DNA from: the human T2T-CHM13v2.0 reference genome, Homo sapiens
Assembly (NCBI RefSeq): GCF_009914755.1
Contig: NC_060930.1
Strand: one strand, 5' to 3'
DNA: 64,000 nt
The notes under the pieces: model-generated
Databases searched by the model: none
What the model was told of the DNA's origin: nothing
What the model saw: only the letters and a program-made list of their open reading frames with translations
In this document: piece after piece, positions 39,151 to 55,369 of the stretch
Layout of the letters: each line of letters begins with the position of its first letter
Position numbering within the stretch: position 1 is the stretch's first letter
Made by a program: the position numbers and the translations under genes

Positions 39151-41599
39151 CTGCCAGTCTAAGAGGTCAAAAGTGTAATTTTGTCTTTCCCTGATTACTA
39201 TTGAACCTAGGAAATATTTTATATTATTAGCCATTTGCATTTTCTTTCTCTGTGGTCTTCCCAGTACATATCCTTTGCCCTTTGTTCCTGTTGCATTATT
39301 TTCTTAACTCTTGGTGTGTTGAGTTGATAAATAATCCTTTGTGGTATATACATTGGAAGTATTTTTCTGCTATTTGGTTTTCTTTCGTTTTGTTCTTAGG
39401 ACGTTTTGTTACTCAGGAACAAATCCAGTTTTGATGTGTGAAGGTGTGTGTTTCCATACACATACGGAGGATTTACAAATATGCTGTAGATGTCTGTATT
39501 TGCTTTGAAATGCCCTTCAATAAAAACCATCCCAGCTTCTGTGATTCTTATCTTCCCTTTTTAGTGTGGGAGGCTTCCTGCTTTGCTTTGTCTGCACATT
39601 TACGTCGAGCCTGCCGAGCTTAATTTTAACCTGGGGAAAAATACAGAAGAGAAGCTATTTTCAGTCAGGTCATATTACTGAGAACACCTGTGAAATTCAG
39701 GATATTTTCTTGGGGGTAAGTTAAAATGTAGGACGCCACCTTGCCTGAAGCACATTTCTATTGTGGTTGCTGTACAAATTGGGAGGTGTTACTTGGAGCC
39801 AAAAACCTTATCACTTTCACACCAGCACTGCTTCTAAGTTGCATGCCTCCAACCCTCAATCCTTGGTATTAATTCTGAAACAACTAGTATAACCATCTGT
39901 TGAAAAGTTCTGTGGGAAAAAAAGGGGTCTTTGTGGCCTGTGTTATTCACTTCCCTGATGATCAACACAGAAATATTTTACATTTTGGTTATCAGTCTAT
40001 TTTTTCCTGCTTTTCCTCTTGCTCCAGTTTGCCTTCCTAAATGTCTGGCCATAGGCAAATAAAATATACCCCCACCCTAGATGATTATGGTGTCAAAATT
40101 CCCTTAATCACACAGTAGCCCCAGCCAGCTGTTTGAGTAATATTTTTCCTACCTCATCGTGTGAATTGTCTTATTGTTTTGGTGAAATGTTGACGCTACC
40201 ACCTACTCTCATCCTCCCACCTCCATTTGCAGATAAAATCTAATTATCACCTCAGGATGGTTTCTTGACATACAATATAATCACCACCGACACAAAAGAA
40301 TTTAGGGCACTATGACATTTAGCTTTTTTTTTTTTTTAAAGACTGTTGTTCAAAAAAATGATCCTTTTAAATTTGCTATTTCACAATTAATTTTTTTAAA
40401 AAGAAACAGAAAAAAAACAAAAAGAAAAGAGACCAAACCTTTTACTCTTAGTAATTAATCTATTTGTAGTGTTACATTGAAGGTAGTAGCAGAAGGGACA
40501 GTGAAAACTCATGATGGTTAAGAAATTAACAAAGGAGCATGCTTTTAGGACTTCAGGCAGGGATCATTACTAAAGTCCCTAGCTTTGATTAGAATTTTGT
40601 GATACCAGCTACTGTATAATTCGGCCCCAGTTCATTTCAGACTTTCTTCCTTAAATTCATTTATTTATTTCAGGACATTAAGGTATGGACTTTAGGTGTG
40701 GGGCATCTCCAATGCTCCTGCGTGCCAGGCACAAGGCGTGGGCCAGGAGAGTGAATATCTGGTGGAGGGAGGTGAGGAATACAGGAAGTAGTGCATTTTA
40801 CTAAATGGAGAAAACATTGAAGGCAGCCAGCTTGATAGAATCATCAAAAATAAAAATTGAGGCATATAACAAAACCAGAAAGTACATTCATAACTCCGTA
40901 TGTCAAACTAGAGAGAGGAAAGTGAAAAAGATGAGAAAAAATATTTTGAGAAAAGTTGACTAGCTCCTCTGCAGTGACAGCATTCAAAAAATCAATCTAA
41001 ACGCAGCCCTAGAGCAGCAATTCAGCTTCCCAGCTTGGAGGACTCTAGGTTTGAAGCTTTCAGCTGCTATCAGATTTGAACCTCTCAGCTCACAGGGTGC
41101 TAACTAGAGGAGAAGGAAGACGTACATCACCACAGGACCACAGCGACGCATCACCATGGAATTTTCAGACTCAACGCACTGGCCACACCATGGGGTCCAA
41201 TTGCTGCCATTTAGAAAAGCATGCTTTTAAAGTGTGTCATTTAAGAGTAAGTATTCTTTTTTAAAAATATGGGCCAGGAACTAATAAAAATGATGCACAA
41301 AGACGTGAGAAGATATGCTGCCTGTCTGTCCTCCTCCCTCAGAGAGACCACATTTCCTTTTGAAACAAAAATGAGGCCAGAAAGAAAGGGCCTCCCTCCC
41401 TAACCCCAGCCTCAGTTAGAGAGGGCCACAGGAGCTCGCCTACCATCTCTCTCCAAAATATGTTCTCCATGTGGTTCGGCAAGAGGATTCACTTGGTTTG
41501 ACAAACTTTTCCCTTTGAAGAGTAAACACTTCCTGAAGGGTTAAAGGCCAGGTAATGGCCATTCACATTATTTTGCAAGTAAGTTACTTTAATCATCAT

Positions 41600-41815
41600 C
41601 ATCACTAGTATTGCAGAGAAGTTTAAAAGGATTCTCATCTCTCAACCATATTTCATCCTCATAACCTTTTGAATCCAGTGGGACTTTTATTTGCCCCATT
41701 TCACAGATGGGGAAAGTGGAGAGGGAGGTAAATCATCTTGGGTCATACAGCCAGTAAGTGCAGAGGCAGAATTTAAAGCCAAGTCTTCTGAGTCCAAGTT
41801 CAGGGCTGCTGCCGT
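41600..41815 (-). mobile_element. MIR
   Basis: CCCCATTTCACAGATGGGGAAAGTGGAG...GGTCATACAGCCAGTAAGTGCAGAG. Confidence 0.8.
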
Positions 41816-44078
41816 AACCCCATTCGTTGCACTCCCACATTTGCTGGAACTGGAGCTTTGGGTGGGATTGGGGAAGGAGGGAAGAGAAGGTCTGGAAGTG
41901 TTGGAGGTGGCATGGGCAGGGAGGTATACCTTCCTGCTAAGATGGCTCACCCTCACCACACAGGGTCTCGATTTTTCGAGAACTGACCGGACCATGTGGA
42001 CCTGGTCCAGCTCTTCCAGACTCTTCCACACTCCAGTCGTTTTTCCTTGGCTGACTTCTTTCTCCGTAAGGTCTTGTCGCGAGTCCTAGAGGCAACCAGT
42101 TCCTTGCGTACCCCACCCTCCTTCGTCAGCATGCTGCCACCTTTGAAACACAGGCGTGTTGTTTCTTTTGCCTGAACCCCAATAGAAATGTAAAAGTTGA
42201 CACCTTGTCAGTGGGAAGCGAAGTCAGGTCATGTTCTTGAAGGTAAAATTAGGCCAGGGTTCTACGGAATAAGCTGGAACCATCTTCCATGAGAATTGTG
42301 CTTTTTTTCCCCCTTTGCTTTGTTTTGTTTTCTCATTCCTGCCTCAGCAATACCCTTGAAGGATGGATGGGATCCTTCATGTCCAGGTGTACCTCACCTG
42401 CTTCAGGAGACACCAGACTGAACTCTTTCTCTCTGACGTTCTCCTTGGGTCCATCCCACATGCTGCCTGGGAGCTTCTTCCTTGTCACCTAAGGTCCCTT
42501 ATGTCTTCATTTTTGCCCTGGATCCAGCGCCTGTAGATGGAAAGAGATTTATAAGAAACACTGCACAATCAAAATATATGGACTTTGTTTGAATTCTTAT
42601 TCAAAGTGTAAGAAAAAAAAGTTATCCTGGATATATTTGATGATATTAAGGAATTAATGTTCCTTCTTAGGTGTGAAATAATATTGTGGTTGTGTTTTAA
42701 GAAAGAGTTTTCCCCTATTTACATGTAAAAATATGATAGGAGAAAAAAGATGTCTACTTTTTTGCTTCAAAATCTTCAACTCTCCCTTTCACCTACCTCT
42801 TTCCCGTTACTATGTAAACATGTCCTATTTGCATTAGAAATATTAAATTTCTAAATTCATATGTAGTAAAACTACTAGGTTTTAAAAAAATTGAGTGTCA
42901 GATCTGTTATGAGGATGAAATTAACTGTTTCCATGTCCATTTTCATTTTTTAGGCTACATGGTGGGGAGACCAGAAAGCTCACTATTTCACTTATTCCTG
43001 TCTCCTTTGTCATTTTCTTTAGTAATATTCTGGGTAGAGAAAGGTAAGGAGTGTGTACCAATGACCTCTGTAGTGCTAAGATACATTCATGCGTTTTTCC
43101 AATGCGAGGAGGTAGAGATCGTTTTACAAAGTCGAGCTCATGCTCTTTGTTTCCCAACTGGCCTTTGAGTACAGGTACGTTAGGATTTGTAGACCTCTGA
43201 GGAGGATTTCAGGACCTTGCTGCAAACAGTGGACCAGTAATGGTGATTAGGTAGCTCGAGGGCCCCTAAACACCTCCCTGATGATTGACCAGCTGAAATG
43301 CATGTGTATGGCTTAGGCCTCTCCCATCCCCACTCCCTGGGAGAAGGGGAGATCTGTTACAAGTGCACTGAAAGGGTCTCTCCAGACACTTGACAATCAG
43401 AAGCAGATATGGTAGCTTTTAGCCCCCTCGGCCCATCTTTGACTTCTGCTACCCATGTGGTTGGGCTGTACCCAGTAAGAAACCACCTCATCTTCAATGG
43501 TCGTGAAGATTTCCTGGAATGAGATCAAGGCTTTCCCCTGCTATAATATATAGATGACTCTTCCAATAGAGCAAGTGCCTTCATGCTCCGCTCCTTTGGG
43601 GTAGCTTTGGATTTTGGCTGGAATGTTCTCATTACTGACATCTGCTTTTAATTTGCATATGATCAAGCAGGTCAGCCCCAACTGCATCTCTCAGGCTATT
43701 AAGAATTCAGAGGCAGAATCCCCTGAATGTGATGTCAGACCAGGCTGTTTCAAAATCGTCACTGATCCTACTGAGGAAATATCAGGAGAAAGGAAGGAGA
43801 GGAAGAAGCAGAGGATTCATGAGTTATTTATTAGTTTGTGATGCTACATATATCAATGGTAACCCTATCCTGACATCTCTCCCTCCTACCTCCACTCCTA
43901 ATTCTTTCTGGATCTGAAGTGGAAAGAGACAATGAAGGAAGGAACTGAATATAATTCATTCATGAGCATGTAAGATAACCCCTTCTCCTCTTCCCTCTCT
44001 TATTCTGCCATGTAACAAATATTGTTAAGTATACCAGTTATTTTCTAATACTAGAAATATCAATAAAAATACCAGTGA

Positions 44079-44399
<321 letters not shown>

Positions 44400-45271
44400 C
44401 TGTTATTTTTCAATACTAAAACAAAAATTGAGAGTAGGGGTTATGAGGATTGTTATGAAAACATAAGTTGTAAATTTCTTGCACATTTGGGAGTTGTTTC
44501 GGGAAAACAGAAAGTTGGTGTTTTTAAAACATTTTTAGTAATAATTGTATGGTGTTATTTATGAAAAAATAATTCACTAGGTTTTAAAAATTAAAATCTG
44601 TCCTTAATTAAATAACTCAGTACTCACAGAAAGGATTTTGAAGAAAAGTGTCTTGTAGAATTTCTGTCTTTACAAACAGAGCCCTGCAGTTGCAATGGAT
44701 TGATCTAATCAGTCAATTCATTGATTAGAAACTGAACCAAGTATTTGATTCTGTATCTTTAAATTAGTCTAATTCATCCATAATCCATGTGATTTACTGG
44801 TAGCAAGTTAAAAATGACAAGAAACCCAGCCTAGTTTGTGGCAACTGTCTTGAGCTCTTCCACTTTGATTCTACCATTTACCCACTCATTCATTTAATCA
44901 GCTCTGAATGAGACTCTACTATGTGGACAGCAATGAGTAAGATACCATTAGTTGCTGTGTCTGGGTGCTTATTTTGGTGTAAACAGACCTTTGACTAGTT
45001 CATTTAGGTTACATTTCAACATAATGTAATATGGGCTATAGTAGGAGGGAGACCTGACCTAGACTGGGATTGCCAAGAGAGGTCACCCAGAGGAGGTATT
45101 GGATACCTAAGCTGTCATGAAGGATCCAGTAGGTGCTCGCTGGGGAGGGAGCGGAACTTGTTCCAGCCAAGGGTAGCAGCTTGGGTGCACAGATGAGAGG
45201 GCATATAAGGACTTTATTTTGGGAAATAGTGAGGAACTCTGGGGGATTGGGATATAAAATGCAAAGCAGAG

Positions 45272-45273
<2 letters not shown>

Positions 45274-45309
<36 letters not shown>
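45274..45309 (+). repeat. (GT)n microsatellite
   Basis: Perfect dinucleotide run. Confidence 0.97.
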
Positions 45310-45311
<2 letters not shown>

Positions 45312-46558
45312 GGTAGGAGAGTTGGAGGAGGGTAATGTCAAGAGTTGACAGGAGTTCTAGGCTTAGAACCAGCAAGGACTCTGGGGGGCTTTAAGTAATA
45401 AACTGGCCAGACTCCTGAAGCTGGCTGCTGGGCTGGGCTGATTAGTCTTAGGACAAGATAGGCTTCACTGGCTGCCAGCCTGGGCCAGGCCCCACACACC
45501 TCAAACACAAGCAGGGATTGAAGGAGAGGAAGATGCAGTAGGCACTGACCTTCTGACCTTGGCGGGATGCTTGAACCATTCTGCCCTTTCAGAAGGTTCT
45601 GCCCCTCTGAGCTCATTTCCCCTCCTCACCCTGTGATGACAGTCTTAGCACTCAAGATGTGGTGACCTGTCGGGAAGCGGGGGCAGGGGCCTGCTGTCTC
45701 CTTTTTAACTCGGTCTCCAGAGCCCAGAAGATTAGGTTGTTGCTCAATGTTTGTTGAATGAATAACTGAATGTGAGAAGTTGTTGGAGAAGAACGTTCAG
45801 GAAGAAATTTTGTGGTGATCACCACCCAGGTCCTGTGGTTGAAGTCTCAGCCTTTTGGAGGAAGGCGTTGCAAGGTTAATACGGGCTGGTATACAGGGTT
45901 GCTGTGGGCCCAGAGTGCAGGGGAGATGCCTGGTCCCCTCCTCCAGTCAGTCCTCCCTGGAGCTGGGCATAGTGAAGTCTCTGGGGAGGGCAGCACCCAC
46001 AGGCTCTGGCCTGGCCTCTGCATTCCCACAGAAGTAGTGGTGAGAGGAGTCAAGTTACCACGTGACCTTGAATGAAAGACGTTTGAGGGGAGTGGAAGGA
46101 CAGGAATGGAGACTCCCAAACTCATGGGGACAGCTTTGCTGAGTACCAGAAGGCCAGTAAGTAAGGCAGTGAGCCAGGGAGAGCTGGGTTATTACTGCTT
46201 GTGTGATCTCACCCTTCACCGCCAGCTCATGAAGTCTGAGGAAATTCAGGTTGCCTTTGATATTAACCTCCATGAAGACTATCACTGATTGAATGATAGC
46301 CTTCGGTTACTCTCTGTTCTCCAAATACATCCTCTCTTTTTGCCCCATGTCTTGACATGAGTGGTTCCTTTGCTTGGAGGGCCTCCTGTCTCTTCTTCAT
46401 CTGACGCAGAGCTTCTGCTCATTCTTCAAAACCCTAGTCAGATATTGTTACTTCACTGAAAACTCTCACCGCCAGCCAGAGTTCCTTGTTCTTCCCTTTG
46501 TGACCTCGTAGCCTTGTCACAGTGCTCTCTGTTGTGTTGGAATAATCTGTTTACTTGA

Positions 46559-46971
46559 TGTATTAGGCCATTCTTGCACTGCTATAAATAAATACCTGAG
46601 ACTGGGTAATTTAGAAAGAAAAGAGGTTTAATTAGCTCACAGTTCTGCAGGCTGTACAGGAAGCATGGTGCTGGCATCTGCTTGGCCTCCCCAGGCCTCA
46701 GGAAGCTTACAATGAGGCTGGAAAGCAAAGGGGAAGCAGGGCCGTCACATGGCCAGAGCAGGAGCAAGACAGCCAGAGACTGGGTTGGAGGTGCCACTTA
46801 CTTTTAAGTGACCAGGTCTCACGAGAACTCACTGACTATTGCAAAGACAGCACCAAGCCATGAGGAATCTGCTCCCATGACGCAAACACCTCCCACCAGG
46901 CCCCACCTCCAGCACTGGGGATTACAATTTAACATAAGATTTGGGTGGGGACAAATATCCAAACTATATCA
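46559..46971 (-). mobile_element. MSTB-like solo LTR
   Basis: TGTATTAGGCCATTCTTGC...CAAACTATATCA; 5-bp TSD CTTGA on both sides. Confidence 0.9.
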
Positions 46972-47139
46972 CTTGACTGCCTCTCCAGTGTGACTCTGAG
47001 TTTCAAGGGTAATAATCCTGTCTTAAAATTTATGTATATACAATTCATGCCACAGACTCTCATTGTGAAAGAAAAAAGCACATTAAAGAACATATCTAAG
47101 GCATTGGAAATAGATCATCCACAGTTATTCCTAAAAGGT

Positions 47140-47530
47140 AATGAGTAGTTGAATTAACAAAATATGGTATTTATGTACATGAGTATTATCCAGCCATAAA
47201 GAGGAACATATGCTGCAACATGGCTTGAAAACATTCTGCTCAATGAAATAAGCCAGACACAGATGGATAAATATTGTATGATTCCACGTAGAGGATTTAC
47301 CTAGAATAGGCAAATTCCTAGAGATAGAAAATAGAGTATAAGCTTCTAGGGGCTGGAGGAAAGGGGAGAAAAGGAGTTATTGTTTAACAGGTTTGGAGTT
47401 TCTGTTTGGGTTGATGAAAAGTTCTGGAAACAGTGGTGAATGTACGTAATGCCACTAAATTGCACACATAAAAATGGTTGATGTAGTAAATTTTATTTTA
47501 AGTATTTTTTACCACAATTCTTTTTTTAAA
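47140..47530 (+). mobile_element. L1MB 3' fragment
   Basis: TGAAATAAGCCAGACAC...ATTGTATGATTCCAC...GATGAAAAGTTCTGGAAA. Confidence 0.8.
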
Positions 47531-47674
47531 AAAAGCAACAAGAAGGGAAGAAACAACTGAAAAAATTAGCAGTAAAGTGTTCCAATGACCCAAATGCAGA
47601 GAGTAGTTCAAAAGTATGTAAACCAGTTACGTGTGAGACAGGGCACTATAGGCTTTTTATCAAGAGAAGAAACC

Positions 47675-48447
<773 letters not shown>

Positions 48448-48546
48448 TTACTTCACATAAGCTGAGAGAAGTCAAACTTGGGTTATTGAAATGCTTTAGA
48501 AAATTGTTAAACTGTTTACTTTTTTAAGTTTTTAGTCTGTCTTAGT

Positions 48547-48572
48547 TATATGTGTGTGTGCATATATGTGTG

Positions 48573-48618
<46 letters not shown>

Positions 48619-48750
48619 ACTGCACTCTAAGCTTGGCAACAGAGTGAGAACCTGTCTCTAAAAAATAATAAAAAATAAGTTAATAATAAAATAAGTTGGC
48701 CAGGTGCAGTGGCTCATGCCTGTAATCACAGCACTTTGCAAGGCTGAGAC
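48547..48750 (+). repeat. (TG)/(TA)n microsatellite followed by an Alu 3' remnant and an Alu 5' remnant
   Basis: (TA)17 at 48581-48614; TGCCACTGCACTC...A-tail; GGCCAGGTGCAGTGGCTC truncated at ~48750. Confidence 0.9.
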
Positions 48751-49712
48751 ACATAATAATGCCCAAGAGTAAAAATTAAGTAAACAGTTATAACATGATT
48801 AGTCATTTTATTTATTTTATTTTGCTGGATTGGAGTCTGCTGTTATATCATATAAAACATTTGCTAGGATTTTGTATTTTTAACACCCATGCACATTTAT
48901 GGGAATTCATTAGAGGGGGAAGCCTGGATTTAAAATTTCCCTCCATGAAACAGTTAAAGATCAAGAGGTGAATCGTGTGGGATATGAAGCATGTCATGGC
49001 TGAGCTGCTGACGAGGCCTCGGCTGTGCTTTGCATCATGTAAGGGCTCAGCACCCTGAGAAGGTGCCTGGTAAATGCCGCTGGCTGATCGGACGGCAGTT
49101 CTCGGAAGGCCTGCTGATCAGAAACAGAGCCTTTGGCAGAATCTCAATGGCAAAGTCACAAACAGTAACAGTCCCTAAAATAACAACTGCAACCTCAGCA
49201 AAATGAAAACCTTCTATGTGGGAGGTATAATGGGAAATGTATTGATTGGTATTTTTCTCCAGATACATGAATAGTGATCACAAGTAAGAGATGCTCCCCT
49301 TTTCTACAAAGGAAAAGGTGTAAAACATTGGTTTTACAATGTAGTAAAACCAATAAAATGGTGATATAAAACATTGATCACCATCAGCAGATTCTTCTAG
49401 CAAGAATGGCAGTTCAAGCCAATAGATATGTTTCATGAATTTTGTGGTTGCAAGTGGCTGGAATGGAATGAAAATCAGCTTTCACGAATCCATTCTCTCA
49501 TTCTTCTCATTTTAATGAGCACCTACTGCATGCTAGGCATTGTTCTAGGTATGTGCAGGATATCAGCGAGCCTAGCCAAGATTAAATTCTCTCTGCTCAG
49601 ATACAGAAAATAAGGGATACACATCATACATAAATATATAATATGTTAGAAAGTGGAAAAAGTAAGTAGAAAAAAGAAAAAGTACAGCAGCAGGGGAAAT
49701 TCAAGAGTGCCA

Positions 49713-50177
<465 letters not shown>

Positions 50178-50415
50178 CTATGGTTGCTGCAGGGTAGAGT
50201 GAGGGTAGGGTCTTGCGGGCTTTCACTTTGGGCGGGAAGGGGAGTCTGCGCAGGGTCCTGAGCAGAGGAGTGAACTGACCTACAGATAATTTTTAAAAAG
50301 CATTCACTTTGCTGCTGTGTTGGAAATAGAGGGTAGGGGCATGGGCAGGGTGGAAGTCAGGAGGCTTGTGGGGGGTTATCCTTAGGTCCCAATGAGACAC
50401 AATGAAGGGCTGATC

Positions 50416-50977
<562 letters not shown>

Positions 50978-51759
50978 ATTTTTTAGTAAAACTTAAATAT
51001 AAACCAAAAGTAGGTAGAATAGTCTAATGATCCCTCATGCAGATGGTCCCTGTCCCTGTTACTAACTCATAGTCAAAATTGTTTCTTCCTCATACCTATC
51101 TGCTTGCCTTCCCTAACCTCAGAATATTTTTAAATGAATTCCAGACATAATATTATTTTTCCCATAAATATTTCAGCATGTAATACTAAAGAATAAGGAC
51201 TTTTCAAAAAAAAAAACCCCACAATGCCATTATCATACTAAAAAAATTTTAACATTAATAACATTAGCTAGTCAGTCAGCATTCAAATTTCCCCCATTGT
51301 CTCATCAATGAATGTTTGGATCAGGATCCGAATAAGTTTGACCCATTCCATTTGGTTCAGAATTTCCTTTTGAAGCGTCTCTGTAGATGATTTATCTAAA
51401 GCCATTAGCAGCCACACACTCAGTTCCGTGTTCCTCATCATCTACACGTCGCGCTCCTTTCTGTGTCTTTCCCAGAGCAGTGGCCTCTCTTGTCGCTGTA
51501 ACACTTTCACTTCTTTAATTCACTACCTCGAAGTACCAAAGTGACTTTAGCGCCCCAAGTATTCTGGAGTCATTGTGAAAGCTGCAGATGTGGTTTAAGT
51601 GTGTTTGGCTTTTGAAAACCCCCAAAAATTTAGATACGCAGCAAAATTCATGGTTCCCTCCCTCTCTCGTTCTCTCATTTAGAGAGAAGAGACACTTTCT
51701 CCTATAGTTTTCTCCATACAGGCTTTGGTCTTTGATTTTTATTATTTATTGACTTTCAT

Positions 51760-52127
<368 letters not shown>

Positions 52128-53439
52128 TGAGTTGAGGAATGAACTTCCCTCTGTGTTGTTTGCTCTGTGAAACTTTTGACCTGTCTGTGTAATCCTTAGA
52201 TGTATCGAGGTTTAAAGTATGCTCTGAGATTTGGGAGAGAAGAGAAGGGGTTTTAAAAACAGAAACAATCGAAGCATTGAGCGTCAAACTTTACCTCTAG
52301 AAACGTTCCAGCGATTCCCACGACTCTGTCATGCCCTGGAGAGAATTTTGGTATAGTCGCTATGCATCTTTTCACATAATTATAATCACATACGCAATTT
52401 TACCCTTTCTAAATTCACCATGATATTATAAACACTTATTTTCTGTTGTTACATATTTTCCTTTACCTTGATTTTTTAAAAAAAATCCATAATATCCAGG
52501 CCTTCTTCCTTAGAAAACAAAACCACTGAGTAGTGACACTCAAGAGTTAAGGGAACAGAATCCCAGACCTGGTTTTGCCACCAACTAGAGATACCACCAA
52601 AGGATTGTCCCCTGAGTTCCCCGAGTTTTCTCCCCCATGAAATGGGTACCATAATTCTTACTTCACAGGACTGTTACAGAGATGAGATGAATTAAGGTTA
52701 TAGGGCCCTTGTAAACTCTAAATTAATATTCAAAAATAAGGTGTTAATGTCTATCTTTAGAGGCAGTAAGCAAAGCTGTAGAAACTAGGTAGTTAGTTCT
52801 CTCTGCTGATCAAGGCTATGGTACTCAAACCTTGAATCTAGAGCCCAACACTTAAGGAGGGAGAACCTGTGTGTTCAGGCTGTGCTCCAGCTGCTGGCTC
52901 AGGGTAGGGGGTCTTCCTCCCACATATAAGCAAGAGGAATCACTAAAGCAGAGTTCAAATATTCAATCCAGAAAGCAATCAGTAATGGAAGAATTGTAAC
53001 TCTGGTTTCTTTATAAATGGAGCTGAGAATCCCAGGTATTTCTGATAATTTAATGAAGGTTGATGAAATTTTCTTAGTCTTCCCATGCCTTTGTATTTTG
53101 ATTTTTAGAATGAATGTACTTCAAGCTTAGCACGTCCCTTATACACTGTAGGAGTATGATAGATCTATGTTGACCTGAATGAAGGTATGAGCAGAGGGGA
53201 ATTATCCACGCAAGTATGGTATTATTTACTTTCCTCTTATTATTGAGCTGGTGATTCCAGTATTTCCACGGAATAATAGATCAACGGGCACATTTCGGAT
53301 TTGACTAATCAGAGCTGCAGATGTGGTCTGACAATTCCTCTCATCCACTCAGTTCTGCTCTCTTGGTTGCTTTCTCGATTCCTATTCCCAGATATATTTC
53401 TCCCTGGAGACTGTTTTCTTCTGGACTAGTCTCTTAATC

Positions 53440-53860
53440 TTCCCAACCCATATTTGGAGAGATGTTTCGTGCTCACCCGTGACCATGAGAAAGTGTTGCA
53501 CTTTCTGGCCTCCCTTGCAGTTAGGCAGGGCTATGTGATTGGTTCCAGCCAGTGTGGGCTGTGAGGGAAAGAGGTGTGTTACTTGTGGGCTGAGACAGTG
53601 AGAAGCTCGTGCATAATTCTCCAGGCTTTCTTTCTTCACCTCATCAACTGAGGAGACCACAAGTTCAGGAATCATAGCCACAGGATGGTGGAGCCGCCAT
53701 TGGCCTCAACTCTGAGTCACCATGGCAACAGTCTCCTTGGAGAATCATGTGGCCCACAATGGACTTTATGTAATTGAGAAATCCATTTTTGTGATGTCAA
53801 GCCAATGAGGTCTGGGGATTATTTGTGACAGTGGCACAATTGTGTTTATTCTGACTACAC
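53440..53860 (+). mobile_element. Old MLT1 (I/J-like) MaLR LTR
   Basis: CCTCCCTTGCAGTTAGG...ATGTGATTGGTTCCAGCCA...GATGGTGGAGCC...AAGCCAATGAGGTCTGGGG. Confidence 0.7.
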
Positions 53861-53970
53861 ATTCCATCTCTAAAATGGCCTCAGTCTGTTCTCTGATTTT
53901 AAACCTTTCTTGTATGTGGGGAGTACATCCTGAAAATTTTGATGTGTTTATATTATTTAGATTATATTGC

Positions 53971-54267
53971 CATATTTTCCAAACTGTGGCCTACATACCA
54001 CTGGTGGTATGTGGGATATTTTTATGTGGAATATAGATAGACATACCTGTTTTTTAAATATTTACATGTATAATTCTTTTCCACTTATGGCAAGTGATGT
54101 GTCTTTCCCATTCTTAGTGGTTGCATAAATGCTTCTTTTACAATAACATTGGAGAAAATGAAGTGACTTAAGGAGAAATATCCAGCAGATAAAAGTATAA
54201 TTGATGTGCAGATACGGCAAAAGTCTGAGAAATGCTATTCAAATGACTGAAGATTTGGGAAGTGCTG
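53971..54267 (-). mobile_element. Charlie4-like hAT transposon
   Basis: TTTTCCAAACTGTGG...ATACCACTGGTGGTATGTG ... AATGACTGAAGATTTGGGAAGTGCTG. Confidence 0.55.
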
Positions 54268-55369
54268 CGTGTGATAAGTTATATGGTGGAATGTCTTAAA
54301 GAAATCTCCACCAGACCAGGAGATTTTCATTTTTGACAACCAGTTCACAGCATTCGATTCAGTAGATGTTTTTGAATGAGTAAACATTACTATAAAAAAT
54401 GTTTAAATCTAGGAACCTAAATAATAAAAGTCCCAGTCCAATCCTTTGAGGTCAATTTCATTGTTTTTCTCCTTATTCTCTGCTCTTAAGAGATTCTGTT
54501 TCCCTTAAGTGTGTTAGGCTCAAATCAGATTTAACCAAAGATCAGCATTCGTGGCATCATAACATTTAAGAATTTAAAATGTTGTGTGCATGACATTTTT
54601 AGAAATAATGATTTGCTTTGCTGATATTAAAAAACCAGGTTGCTGTTGGTCTGAGTCACAGGTGAAGCCCCATTTGTTTTTCCATTCAGCCACCCGCTGG
54701 CCCTAATCACAAATGTCTTTGTACTCACAGTCATCTTATGCAGGGTTTGTACTTCGGCTTCTCTCACTGTGCTGGAGATTAAAATGTGAGATGAGGAGTA
54801 ACACACTTGCCAGTGACATGGAAGTAAATATTATTGTTTTTGGGGGGTGACATCGACTGCATTTCAAATACAGCCATGAAAATGTTCTATCAATAGCTTT
54901 CTATCGATTGGCAGTTTTGTGCCTTTTCAGTTCAGCTCCCAGAGCTGGTCCTGATGAGGTGACTGGCAACTCACCCCAGGTGTGGCAGGCCCCTCCCCAC
55001 TCTCCTGGGGCTCTCCCTCTCCCCGCTTGCTCTCCTTCCCTAATCCCCACACCTTTTTATGAAGATCAGTCCTTTGCACAGCAGCCATGGCCAGCGTGAG
55101 GTGCATGTGCAAGTGGAGAAGTAGCAGGTTCATCGACTCGTTCTGGTAGGGGGCCTCTATCTTATTGAGCACACTTTTGACGGTGGAGACGCTGCTTTAT
55201 TGCAAATCCCTCCCCGGACTCCTCCTCTTCTTCCAAAATTCAGGCTGAAGACAATTGCCCTGATTCCCTAACCTAAGGGATGGCTCTGCAAGTGGTGATC
55301 GATGTTTATCAAATGCCCCTGAGACTCGAAGACGCAAATTATATTCCTATTTTTCATGAAATTTAAAAA

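Noticed and set aside
53382-53681. 99-aa minus-strand ORF as a lncRNA micropeptide
   Set aside because: LTR-derived, GTG start, runs through the predicted donor; no homology; would need Ribo-seq
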